Below, in pieces: positions 36,876-48,704 of a stretch of 64,000 bases of DNA. The first letter of the stretch is position 1. Each line of letters opens with the position of its first letter. The DNA lies in NCBI RefSeq assembly GCF_006345805.1, contig NC_043020.1, positions 30,566,001 through 30,630,000 on the forward strand. Direction: 5' to 3'. The translations under genes were made by a program, and so were the position numbers. The DNA is from Octopus sinensis (lineage: Eukaryota). The notes below the pieces were generated by a model. It saw nothing but the letters and a program-made list of their open reading frames with translations, was not told where the DNA came from and did no database searches.

Positions 36876-39014
36876 CCCATAGGAAAGAAGTTCGACTTGC
36901 TTTCTCTTTCTTCCCAGTAAAACAATTGACACCATTTCATGAAGCTTTTGTCATTACTATTTGCTGATTTGGAACAACAAAGGAGCCCCTTGATTTGATT
37001 GCTTTATTGCAACGTGATGTCTGATGTTGGGTGGGGGACTGTTTAAGCAAAGTACACAAAACCATTTATAATTATGAAAGCCATATCTTGTTGAAGTAGG
37101 TTACTTATAACATGTGACCTCCTTCTAGCTGTCTCTCGTGAAAAGGAAAGATTTCCATGAAAATCTGATTTGTTATTTACAATACATTTATTTCTGTATC
37201 TTAATGCCACATCACATTCCTGGCATTCATAAAGGGAAATGCTACCAATCCACATGTATTTCAGAAACCCATCTATGGGGAGAGGCTCGAAGTGGTCGTT
37301 TAATATACAAGAAATAATGGCCAAATCTCCCTCAAATTACACTCCACTATATTTAAAAAGAAAGGACACATTGGATAACACAGTATGTCACCAAAGAAAG
37401 ATGAGACGATGGCATTTGGAAAGTCTTTGGTCAGGGCTAACCCAGAGTAAACAGCAAGAAAAAAGGACTACTTTGAGTCAATGAGAAAGTCTTTTTATGT
37501 ATGTTCAACACCGCTAGAAATAATAGCCTAATCTCTCTCAAACCATGTGTTACCAATCTTAAAAAGAAAATATATACCTAGGAGAATATATTAGATAATG
37601 TATTCCTGGATATAAGACTGGGAAGAAAAAAAGACATGGGTGGGGGTCATGGTTGAACTGCCTTCACTCATAATCCTACTTGATCATATAGAAGCTAAAA
37701 TTGAACACAGCAACCTCCAGGTACAATACTATGATGCCAAAATCAACAATGGGATCATCTGTGCAACTGATGGTCAACTTGCTGGAAACAGATGGAATGG
37801 CCATAGCTGGAACACCTTTGACCATGAGTCAGGGATTACAGTGGACCAAACAATAAAAACAATATACTACTATGTAGTACACCAATATATTCAAGTATAA
37901 TAGGGCAAGAAAGCATAATGTCTCACAATATAGAGCAGTGGTCTTCAAACAATATTTCCGTACGTGACACCTGTATGTGCCAAGGATTTTTATAAATGAC
38001 ATTAGTGAAAGTGACCCCTGATGGGCCCCTGCACCTTTTTCCTCTTTCTGGTCCTTTTACTGTTCATTTTTCCATCATTTTGTCTTTTATTGTGCACTGC
38101 TTACTGTGCCTTAAAGAGTGAACCCTTTTCCAACAAATTGCAGAGCACCTGAGAAGTGCACTCAATAAACTCATTATTATTAGAATTTGTTGTTCCTGTA
38201 GAGTCGGAAATCATCTAATATATAAAAAAAAACCATAATTTCTTCAAGTATTCTAGTATTCAATTCTATTATCAGTTTCAGCCAAGGAGCGTGGCCATGC
38301 TGAGGCACTGCCATTAAAAAGATATACTCACAGCATTACAAATTATGATTCTATAAAAAATATAACATTTTCAGATTTATGATTTATACATCTGAGAAAA
38401 AAGTAGGGAATATCTCCCCCTCCCCATCACGAACCCTAATTTATGATGCTTAAAATATACACAAAGAAGTTACAGTTTTTGGCACAATAATTTCCAACTC
38501 TATTGAACAAGAAAGCCCATAATTTTGAGTATAATTAACAAAAATAACATGAACATTTGTGAATATATTTATGGATGGATATATATGTAGGAGTGTGTGT
38601 CTGTGTGTCACTGTGTTCTTGTCGGTCCCCTCACGCACAACCAGTGTCGGTCCTCATAATTTAGTGATAGAAATAAGTACCAGACTTTCAAATAAGTTCT
38701 GGGGTTAATTTCTCCAACTAAACCATTTAAGGCGGTGTCCATGGATGGCCACAGTCCAATGACTGAAACAAGTAAAAGATAAATGATGAAATTGCTTTCT
38801 ATATTCACCTCCCCCCACCCCATCAAACATAATTTTAGAATTAAAAAAAAAAAGCTTTTTATACAAAGTGCACCAGGGACACCACAAAGTCAAAAAGACT
38901 GCTCGACAATTACAAGAGAATTTCCACCACCATCATCAGTTTTTGGACAGTTCTGAAGTTAGTTTGCCAATAAGGGGTATTTGGGGTGGAGCAATGAAAA
39001 GTTACTTTTTGTTA

Positions 39015-39365
39015 TTGGGGTACCGCCTTGAAGACGTTTTGTTCAAATGTATCAACCCCAGTAATTATTTTTTTTTTTAAAGCTTGGTATTTATTCTATA
39101 AGTCTCTTTTGCTGAACAGCTAAGTTATGGGGACATAAACAAACCAGCACCAGTTGTCAAGCAGTGGTGGGGGACAAACACTGATACAAAGGCACACACA
39201 CATAAATACATATACATATGTATATATATAGATATCCGTCTACCAAATCCACTCACAAGGCTTTGGTTGGCCCGAGGCTATAGTAGAAGAGGGCCATGCA
39301 GTGGGACTGAACCGGGAACCATGTGGTTGGAAAGCAAGCTTCTCACCACACAGTTATGCCTGCAC
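39015..39365 (-). mobile_element. SINE family B in PXMP4 intron 1
   Basis: Reverse-complement family B body and head (GGGACTGAACCGGGAACCATGTGGTTGG...CTCACCACACAG). Confidence 0.8.
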
Positions 39366-39479
39366 TTATTGTTAATCACCCTCATATATGAAAGTGACTG
39401 AAATGAGATTCTTTCAAAGGATCTTTGGAGTCACATGACTCGACTCAAAGGTCAGGGAGTCTTTCCAGGTCAAATCACT

Positions 39480-39760
39480 ATTTCTCCAAAATAAGAGGTA
39501 CAACTCCGGTACAACAGACACGTGATTAGAATGTCACAGGAAAGAACCACAGGACAGATTCTTGAAGTGAAGCCAACTGGAAAGGGATTTAGGGGTACGA
39601 AATGATTGGATAACATCCATAGACTCAGTTGGTTGTGCTTGGGAATCCAGCTGGAAAGTGTAATGACAGTTGCTTCTGACAGAAGCGAATGATGGAGGAG
39701 GTGCTTGAGGGCCCTACCCCAACGACACTTCCAGGAATAGCGGGAAGAGAAGTTGGCTGG
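39480..39760 (+). mobile_element. RTE-like 3' ORF fragment
   Basis: ILEVKPTGK...WLDNIHRLSWLCLGIQLESVMTVASDRSE, resembling the RTE G.R..GRP..RW.D region. Confidence 0.6.
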
Positions 39761-40061
39761 ATGGATGGATGGATAACTCATGAAGCCCCCATCTGACTAC
39801 TCATCCTACTAGAAATTATCATCAACCTCTTTAAAATCACAAAAAACAAAGCAATTCTAAAACACATCAAAAACATCTCCATATGACGGAGAAGCCGACC
39901 ACAGCAGAACATATAAAAAACAAATGGAGGCCGCCAATAAACTGGTATCAATTGAGTTGACAATATCACAAAATATTGTTATATTTGTCTAAAATGAATT
40001 CATTAGTTTCTAGGATGTTAAATTCATTCCGAAGAGATCAGTTCATTCTTCGATAAAATTA

Positions 40062-40390
40062 AGATGGCACATGCGTGACTGCATAGCTCTGGGTTCCGTC
40101 CGACTGGGAGGCACTTTGGACAGGTGCCTTCTACTACATCCCCAGGCTGACCAAAGCCTTGTGGGTGGATTGGGTTGATGGAAACTGAAAGAAGCCCATC
40201 GTATGCGTGTGTGTCCCATACCGCTGCTTCACAAATGGTGTTGGTTTGTTTATGGCCATAAGAGATAGAATAAGTATCAGGCTTAAAAAATTAGACACTA
40301 GGGTCAACTCGTTCAAGAAAAAGACCCCTTCAAGGCGGTGTCCCAGCATGACTACCGTCCAATGATTGAAACAAGTAAACAAGATTAAAA
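40062..40390 (+). mobile_element. SINE family B in PXMP4 intron 1
   Basis: GACCAAAGCCTTGTG, GGAAACTGAAAGAAGCCCATCG and ATGATTGAAACAAGTAAA motifs. Confidence 0.8.
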
Positions 40391-41156
40391 GAAGAAAAAA
40401 AGATGAAGAATCGATTTGTTTTGCTGTCAATTCTTGATTTGAATCAAACTGTTTGATAGAAGACGACGCCTAACATTCGATTGCTATTTTATTTTATTGA
40501 CATTTGTTGTAGAGCAGTATTAACAGCCCAGGCAAATCGATGCACTAAGCCAGGGATACGTAGATCAGAACGTGGTCCCTAGACTCATGACGCCCCTGGG
40601 AAACTACCCAATGTGCCGGTTAAACTAAAGCCTTTGACCCAAACAAAAGAAAAAGTGTAATAGGTGTAAAACAATTTGCTCTAAACGAATGTGGAAAACA
40701 AAAATGCGCGCTGGCGAAGGAGGATTGGGAAGATTCCGATGGTGAATGTTCCGAGTCGCCTCACCAGAGCCAGGAAACAAAAGAAAAATATAATAATAAT
40801 GAAATGATTGTATACAGTGCTCAGGTGCCCCACAACAAAAGTGGCTGAACCCCATCGGAGGATGAACCCCAAGTTAACCTTGGGTGGATTTGGACGTAAA
40901 GGCCTTAACTAAATACCAGAAGGCATTTTGTTCGACGCTCCGCCGATTCTGTCAAAACCCCGCTTTATGTTGAATTATCGATCAAGCCAAGTCGATAGGT
41001 TTTTTTAAAAATATTATCGATCAATTAATTATCGATCGAACCAAATCGATGGAGTTTTTTAAAAAAATTTTGTGTATTTTTTCTGAAATAAAAAAAAACT
41101 TACGACAGACATATTTATAAAAAGTGACAAAATATTATGAAAAGCATCTCACGTAC

Positions 41157-41251
41157 ACAATTCCGTTCCTGAAGGCTTTGATTAGCGAAAGATAAGGTTT
41201 GTATTTCTCGTTGGAAAGAATCGCATTGATGAGGACAAGAGCCGAGGCCAT
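41157..41251 (-). CDS. PXMP4: Peroxisomal membrane protein 4 (PMP24), coding exon 1
   Basis: Minus strand ATG at 41251 reads MASALVLINAILSNEKYKPYLSLIKAFRNGI+GT, then donor GTACGT. Matches the PXMP4 N-terminal motif (LKGFRNGAV in human). 95 nt, phase-2 intron. Confidence 0.95.
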
Positions 41252-41289
41252 GATGAGTGTCTGCTGCGGTGAAGAGGGAAAATGTTACA

Positions 41290-41370
41290 CCGTCGTAATT
41301 GGGCCGCTTCGCTCGCACCTTTGTCGAGCCTCGGCCAATCACAGGAAGTATTTTGAGGGCCGGGACAGAA
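41290..41370 (-). promoter_or_regulatory. Putative PXMP4 proximal promoter
   Basis: GC/CpG-richer patch ~50-120 bp upstream of the ATG with two oppositely oriented CCAAT boxes (ATTGG 41298-41302, CCAAT 41335-41339) and an ETS-type CAGGAAGT (41342-41349). Confidence 0.55.
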
Positions 41371-41445
41371 TTGAAAACCTTTTGCTTTCTCGTGTTAATC
41401 ATTATTATAATAATGAATGAATGATTGTTGATTCAACATGAATAT

Positions 41446-41651
41446 TGGTACTACTTAAGAACAGTGGTCCCGGTGCGCGCACTCGCGTACTCGTGCATCC
41501 GCGCTAGCTAGTTGTGACTAGTCGATCCTACAACGACTACCTAGCAAAGTAAATAAAACACAAAGTAAGGATCGACTAGTCACGACTAGCTAGCGCGGAT
41601 GCGCGAGTACGCGACTGCGCGCACCGGGAACACTCTTCTTAAGTAATACCA
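41446..41651. repeat. 206-bp CpG-rich near-perfect palindrome (foldback MITE-like)
   Basis: Arms 41446-41529 and 41568-41651 (~84 bp, about 6 mismatches) around a 38-bp spacer. Confidence 0.9.
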
Positions 41652-42479
41652 TGAATAATATCGTTGCAAAAACAGTTGAGGCTTTCTTTTTACTTTACAT
41701 TATAATCTTTAATTTTTGATAAAATTTTTTAAATGTTTGTTGAAATAAACCCATTTCAAGAGATTATCAAGCGGACCACAACATAAAAGTCTGCGGGATG
41801 CACGCGGCCCGCGGGCCTCAGGTTGGCGAGCCCTGTTCTATAATGTCAATCAGTCTGCTAGAAATAACAGCCAAATTTTCGCCGCTAAACAGCACCGTGC
41901 CGTTTTATATGAAAATATTGGTCAAACTCTTTAGTTTGACCAGAGTAAAAAAAAAATAGTGTAATAGGTGTAAAACATTTTGCTCTAAACAAATATGGAA
42001 AAAAAAATGCGCGCTCGCGAACGTGGGGTGGAGGAGAGGACTCGGAACATTCACAGCGGGAATGTTCCGAGTCGTCTCACCACAGCCAAAAAAAAAATTT
42101 TTTTAATAGTGTAATAGGTGTACAACAACATGTAGTAAACGAACAGGGGTTGAGGATGCGCGCTCACGAATGGAGCGGAGTGGGGTAGAGGACTCAGAAA
42201 ATTCACATCGTCAGACCTTGACCTTTAAACTCCAGTGTTTAACCCAAGGAAAAAAAATTAAAAGTATCTGCTAGGCTAGCGGATAGGGATAGCATAGCAT
42301 GGCCTCACTTTAAACTGATTGACTATAGAGGCTACAAATTAACTGATCTGCTCAGTCAATTTAAATAGGACCTACTGACAGGGACCCTGTTACTAGAAGT
42401 TGAATGCATCCTTACTAGCATACAAAATCTACAGGGACCAGATTAGGGAACTAGTTAAGTGGCAGTTGATGGCAGTTCT

Positions 42480-43300
42480 AGTTTGTCCTGAAGAAAAATG
42501 GAATCAGTAGCGATCAGCGAATGGTTATCAACAGAAAGAAATAGATTGGAGGGAGAAGTGGTTAGCAAAGTAGAAGTGATGGTTAGTAATGGCATCACAA
42601 CAGACATTTTAGCAGCAGGAATGGCATTTGACCATTTCTTCAAGGGGAATCATGAAGGCTTTGTTGTCAGAGCTAAGGCCTGTGCACTCAAACATGAAGG
42701 AACTAAAACCATCCGATGGGCCTGGACAGTGGAGACATGACATGGCAACAAAACTACAATCAGTCTTCGAGGCACCAGGATGGGCACATGCTACTCAGTT
42801 CTGAGATGTGTGTGAGCTTCCAGAAGCACTTCACATGGACAAAGTTGGACAAAGGGTCAATAACAGCAGCATACTTTATTTTGTACCTGGACAGCCTGCC
42901 TCAGCACTCAGCGGCAGACACAAGGTTCTACAAAAGTCTGTGGAAATACGGAAGGCAATGAACTATTGGATGGTTTGCCCTATGAATTCTATGAGTTCGT
43001 ATCAGATTTGTTTGGCAGCCTTGTGGCACACATATCTGTGTATTTCTGCATGTGTGTGTGTGTGTGCATGTGTTTACCTCCGGCCCCAAAAAAGAACTGT
43101 TGCCAAAACGGTGATTGGATGTTCAGCCATGTCAAATCATCAGCCTCTACACATCTGCATCTGATCGTCTCCGGGTTCCAAGCAAGAAAATATTTTCTCT
43201 CAACCTGGAGATATTTTCAAGGAAGATTACAAACAGACAACATCACTTGTATAACAATAATACGTAGTTTACACTTAGCTTGCAATGTCGAGAGGAAGTG
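42480..43300 (+). mobile_element. L1/Tx1-like ORF2 fragment (tether to start of RT)
   Basis: EGFVVRAKACALKHEG...LDSLPQ...LDGLPYEFYEFVSDLFGSLVAHI matches the GxDGLPYEFY motif just N-terminal of LINE RT. Many stops. Confidence 0.65.
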
Positions 43301-44464
43301 ACACAAAGGGTTGGTGCCTTCAATGGGAAGACTTCCAAGATTGATGGCCAGACACAAGAAGAGGAACCTACAAATCAGGAGTTGCAGTCCACGTTTATAT
43401 TGAGTTCTTCTCAGACCAAAAACTGGTTCCAAATATGTGCAACAGGGCATCCTGTGCTAATGCTACCCAAAGACCAACAGACAGATTAACTTAGCTGTTC
43501 AGCAAAAGAGATTGACAACGCTTTAAAAAATAGGTATTCGGGTTGATTTGTTTGAATAAACCCTTCAAGGAAGTGCCCCAGCATGGCCACAGTCACGATT
43601 GAAACATGTAAAAGATAAATTAAGTGTGAATTCACATGCGACCTCTTCCCCTCACAGATAGGAGGCGCACTGGCTCGACGGTTAAACTGCTTGGCTACTG
43701 ACCCTACAGCAATAAGTTTGAGTCTTTGTTTTTAGTTAGTGTTTTTTTTTTTTTTGGTGGCTTTCATCCTCATTTAACATCCATTTTCCATGCTGGCATG
43801 GGTTGGACAGTTTGACAGGAGCTAGCAAGCCAGATAGCTGCACCAGGCTTCACTGTCTGTTTTCGTATGGCTTTTACAGCTGGATGCCTTTCCAGATGCC
43901 GACCAACTTACAGAATGGACAGAATGCTTTTTATGTGGTACCAACACTGACTTGATTTTTACAGCTGTATGCTCTTCATAATGCCAACCACTTTACAGTG
44001 TGGACTGGATGCATTTTACATGGCACAAGCACTGGTGGGGTCAACAGGTAACTCGTATGACAAAGATCCTTTGTGAAGAGGGAGTTGGAGGAGGTGGCCT
44101 TGTGCCAGGTGATGAGAGGTTAGAGAAGGATATATCATCATCATCATCATTTAGCATCCATTTCCCATGCTGCCATGAGGTGGATATATATTTTTCACAA
44201 CAAATATTTGGTTTGGAACCAGGAATTCATTGCATGATACCCTCCCTTATCTTTTATTAAACTTTTAATACTTTTGATATATATTTATAATAATATAAAT
44301 TAATTAATTTTATGTATTGGCTTATGTTTTTCATTGTTTGATTTGCCTAATAGTGGTTTTATCTCTAATTTAATATAATATAATATAATATATTTTACTA
44401 TAAAATTGGATTTAATCCTAAATCTGATTTTTCCCTGTAAGTTTGGATTTATTCCCTAATATTT

Positions 44465-44504
<40 letters not shown>

Positions 44505-44506
<2 letters not shown>

Positions 44507-44865
44507 TCATCATCATCGTTTAACGTCCGTTCTCCATTCTAGCAAGGGTTGGACGGTTCGACTGGGGTCTGTGAAGCCAGAAGGCTGCATCAGGCCCAGT
44601 CTGATCTGGCAGTGTTTCTACAGCTGGATGCCCTTCCTAACGCCAACCACTCCGTGAGTGTAGTGGGTGCTTTTTACGTGCCACCTGCACAGGTGCCAGG
44701 CGAGGCTGGCAACGGCCACGATCGGATTGGTGCATTTTACGTGCCACCAGCACGGAAGCCAGTCAAGGCAGCGCTGGCATTGGCCACGATTTGGATAGTG
44801 CTTTTTATGTGCCACCGGCACAGGGATCACAACTGCAGTTTCCATTGATTTTGATGTTGATATTT
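44505..44865 (-). mobile_element. RTE-tail-related element family D, well preserved
   Basis: CATCATCATCATCGTTTAACGTCCG tail and internal repeated TTTTACGTGCCACC units. Confidence 0.75.
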
Positions 44866-44867
44866 AA

Positions 44868-44876
44868 ATATGTATG

Positions 44877-44910
<34 letters not shown>

Positions 44911-45196
44911 TGTATGTATGTATGTGTGTATGTATGTATGTATGTATGTAAGTATGTAAGTATGTATGTATGTATGTGTGTATGTATGTAAGTATGTATG
45001 TATGTATGTATGTATGTAAGTATGTATGTATGTATGTGTGTATGTATCTATGTATGTATGTATGTATGTATGTATGTATGTATGTATGTATGTATGTATG
45101 TATGTATGTATGTATGTATGTATGTGTGTATGTATGTATGTATGTATGTATGTAAGTATGTAAGTATGTATGTATGTATGTGTGTATGTATGTAAG

Positions 45197-45227
<31 letters not shown>

Positions 45228-45316
45228 GTATGTATGTATGTATGTGTGTATGTATGTATGTATGTATGTATGTATGTGTGTATGTATCTATGTATGTATG
45301 TATGTATGTATGTATG

Positions 45317-45347
<31 letters not shown>

Positions 45348-45472
45348 GTATGTATGTATGTATGTATGTATGTAAGTATGTATGTATGTATGTGTGTATG
45401 TATGTATGTATGTATGTATGTATGTATGTGTGTATGTATCTATGTATGTATGTATGTATGTATGTATGTATG

Positions 45473-45503
<31 letters not shown>

Positions 45504-45584
45504 GTATGTATGTATGTAAGTATGTATGTATGTATGTAAGTATGTATGTATGTAAGTATGTATGTATGTATGTAAGTATGTATG

Positions 45585-45615
<31 letters not shown>

Positions 45616-45685
45616 GTATGTATGTATGTAAGTATGTATGTATGTAAGTATGTATGTATGTATGTAAGTATGTATGTGTGTAAGT
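44868..45685. repeat. ~0.8-kb (TATG)n microsatellite with TAAG/TGTG variants
   Basis: Visible array. Confidence 0.97.
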
Positions 45686-45689
45686 ATAC

Positions 45690-45912
45690 GGTGGAGTGGG
45701 GTGCTGAAAAGTTCCTGGTTTTAAGGGTATCACAAAAGGCCTGGTTGGAGGCCCAACCTTCCAAGCTTTTTTTTACAGAGCTTAGAAAAGCTGAAGGACC
45801 GCTGCAATAAATGTGTGTGAATCTGAGAGGGGGAACGTGTTGGATAAAATCATTATTAACTGATCCTTCTGTATTTTCTTTTACTCAAAGTCAGGAACTT
45901 TTCAGCGATGTC
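45690..45912 (+). mobile_element. Mariner-derived MITE (~220 bp)
   Basis: TIRs GGTGCTGAAAAGTTCCTGGTTT and AAAGTCAGGAACTTTTCAGC. The interior keeps the transposase C-terminus LEKLKDRCNKCV. Confidence 0.8.
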
Positions 45913-46231
45913 TCATAAATAAATAAATAAATATATATATATATAAGTTAGTTCAGTATATATGCGAAATAAGTTGAGTAAGCCCTACAGGACATAGGAA
46001 AATTTATATAGAGAGTACAATTGATTTTAAAAATAGATATTTGTGTGTCTGTATTTGTTCCCCACCATTGCTTGACAATCAATGTTGGTGTGTTTGAGTC
46101 CCTGTAACTTAGCGGTTTGGCAAAAGAGACCAATAGGATAAGTGCTAGGCTTACAAAGAATAAGTTTTGGGATCGATTTGTTTCAACTAAAGGCAGTCAT
46201 CCATAGAAACCATGCCAAAGCAAATGATATG

Positions 46232-46333
<102 letters not shown>

Positions 46334-46378
46334 TGGATAGATAGATAGATAGATAGACATACATAAATATGCATACAT

Positions 46379-46424
<46 letters not shown>

Positions 46425-46611
46425 GTCATGCTTGATCGCTAATCCAGAAGTTTTTTAGTCTCCCTCTGTTTATTTTCTTTTATTCCTTTGTAGAGTGTAG
46501 GCTCGAAATGTGAAAAACTTTCTCACGTTCCTGAGCGTCAAACTAGTACACCTGCTTATTGTTCATATGCCTGTCTGGGTTTTTTTTTTTCCTGTAAATT
46601 TCAACTATGTA

Positions 46612-46687
<76 letters not shown>

Positions 46688-46699
46688 TAAATAAAACAT

Positions 46700-47330
46700 A
46701 TGCATATATATATACATATATGTACGTACCTACTTCTACATGTATATATACACGCATATATGAGTACAGGACACCAAAAAAACGTCTAACACAATGAGAA
46801 ACGAAAATATAGACACAAACCCAAGGAACTGGACATTTTTCTTAACAAAAAAATAGAGTACAGGACAAATAACACAAGGAAAAAACCCCTTCTTCAGTCG
46901 CCATGGTTTCATCTACTCTACGTTTCGAAGGTGAAGGCGAGACGTATCTTCAAATAAGAAACTTTCCTTCCTGCGAAAAGCAAATCAAATAAAATTTGAG
47001 ATCTTTTTGCAGAGGGGTAAAAATGGTAACAAAAACAGGACAGTAACAACAGTACAAAATATAAGCAGTAAAAGACAGGACAAGGAGAATAACAAGACAA
47101 GAAGGGCTGGTAACGCCGAACGAAAAAAAGTATTACGAACGCTAATTTCTGTGGACGGCGAAGGGAGCAAAGAAAATTGCCGTCTACACCTCAAGAAGGT
47201 CAGGCGAGAAAGAAGGTGGCAATGCTCTCGTCACAGGGGATGGTGTTTCCATGAAGGAAAAAATATAGGAAAATGTGTTGTTGAAAATGCAAGTAAATTT
47301 CAAAAACTCATAAATGTTTAAAATACATTT
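46700..47330 (-). mobile_element. Penelope-like 3'/terminal fragment
   Basis: Minus strand shows CGAAACGT and CTGAAGAAG motifs and a GTCCTGT..ATATATGCGT..GTACATAT segment similar to 1670-1740. Confidence 0.4.
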
Positions 47331-47799
47331 ATTTACATAAATACCAAACTAGTTTCAACAATATTTTTTGCTTATCAACGGTAAAAGTTTAAAATTATGA
47401 ATTAGATAAACATCTTTAAAAGTTTCAATGTTGACAAATTAAAATGTTTCAATGTTGATAAATTAACATGTTCAAAACAGATAAATTTAGCATTGTTAAT
47501 TAGGAGGACAGATATAAGTTTGAATGTTCATAGCTTTCAGTAATATTAAAACTGAATATTAATTTGTTTGAATGTACAAAGTTCATTAATTTTAGTGGTG
47601 GTCGACAAGTCATACTGAAAAAAACAAAGGTGAAATGAAAATAGTGAAAAAAGGAATTTGGTTTACAGTTTCTCTGATCTTCTTCTAGCAGACTCTTTCG
47701 CTTGTAGTGGTATGTTTTGGAGTCAAATGTATTTATAATTTTTTTCTGCAAGCGGATCTAATTTTTGATTTGTTAAAATACTGGTGACATTTTTTTTTT

Positions 47800-48704
47800 C
47801 CCCTGGTCAAGCTTGTTGAGATCCAGGCTGGAAGAGGGCCAGAAAGCAGCAAAGTTGCAGAAGCTCTGTACCTTCTTGGCAGTAAGGCTGGGAGCACTAT
47901 CCTGGGTCAACACATAGTTGCCCTCCAGGTCGTTGGCCTTGAGCCATGGCAAGACATGGTACCTCAGCCTCTTTTCTCTGGGCTTGTAGAAGTAAATGGA
48001 CATCTTTCTTCCATCGGGGGACAACACCAAAGGCTATAGCCTGGGCTGGGTGTTTTGTTCTGAAAGTGCCTCTGACGTCGGCTGTTAATTTCACAATGTA
48101 TCGGTCATTCATGTGGTTCATAACAGCATCCACTGGGAAGATCTCATCACAGAAAAATTTCACAGTAGACCCGTTCTTCTTGAAGCATGTGAGAACCTTT
48201 TTATGCCTCTCCAGTCTCTTGGCCTTCATAGGTTCTGTCATCAGGTGTTGGACTAGAGGTCAAAGTCATCATTCACAGCTGTTCTGATGGTCTTGAGGTC
48301 CACTTCAAGTTCAGAAGCCAGCTTCTTCATGGATGTGGTTGGGTCCACTGAAATTTTGGACTTGAGGGGGTTGACAAAGTCTTACTTCTGTTTCATTTTG
48401 GTCACATCAATGCCAGACGTCCTCCGAATGCCGTTGCCCACGTCCATTCTTTTCTTGACATAAATTGTGAGTAAGGATACTCTGACTAGGTTTGAGATCC
48501 TCTTCGGATCGACTTGTGCACGGACCAAATCACGTCCTCCTTGGCGTTTGTCTTTCTGCGTAGTCATATTCTGTAATATTCCTGCAAAATAGAGTTTATT
48601 ATTAGCTGACAATGTATTCTTTGTTCTGCTTTGGGTTTCATATCATTTGGTGTTGTGGTTGCTCTAACGTAACTTGTGATTCCTGTTTTTGCTTCCCCAC
48701 CCTG
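47800..48704 (-). mobile_element. Tc1/mariner superfamily (maT/DD37D-like) transposon relic
   Basis: Minus frames: KFFCDEIFPVDAVMN..NDRY...FRTKHPAQAIAFGV...PDGRKMSIYFYKP...YHVLPWLKAN...TQDSAPSLTAKKVQ...WPSSSLDLNKLD. TA-flanked CAGGGTGGGGAAG terminus at 48704. Other end truncated. Confidence 0.8.
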
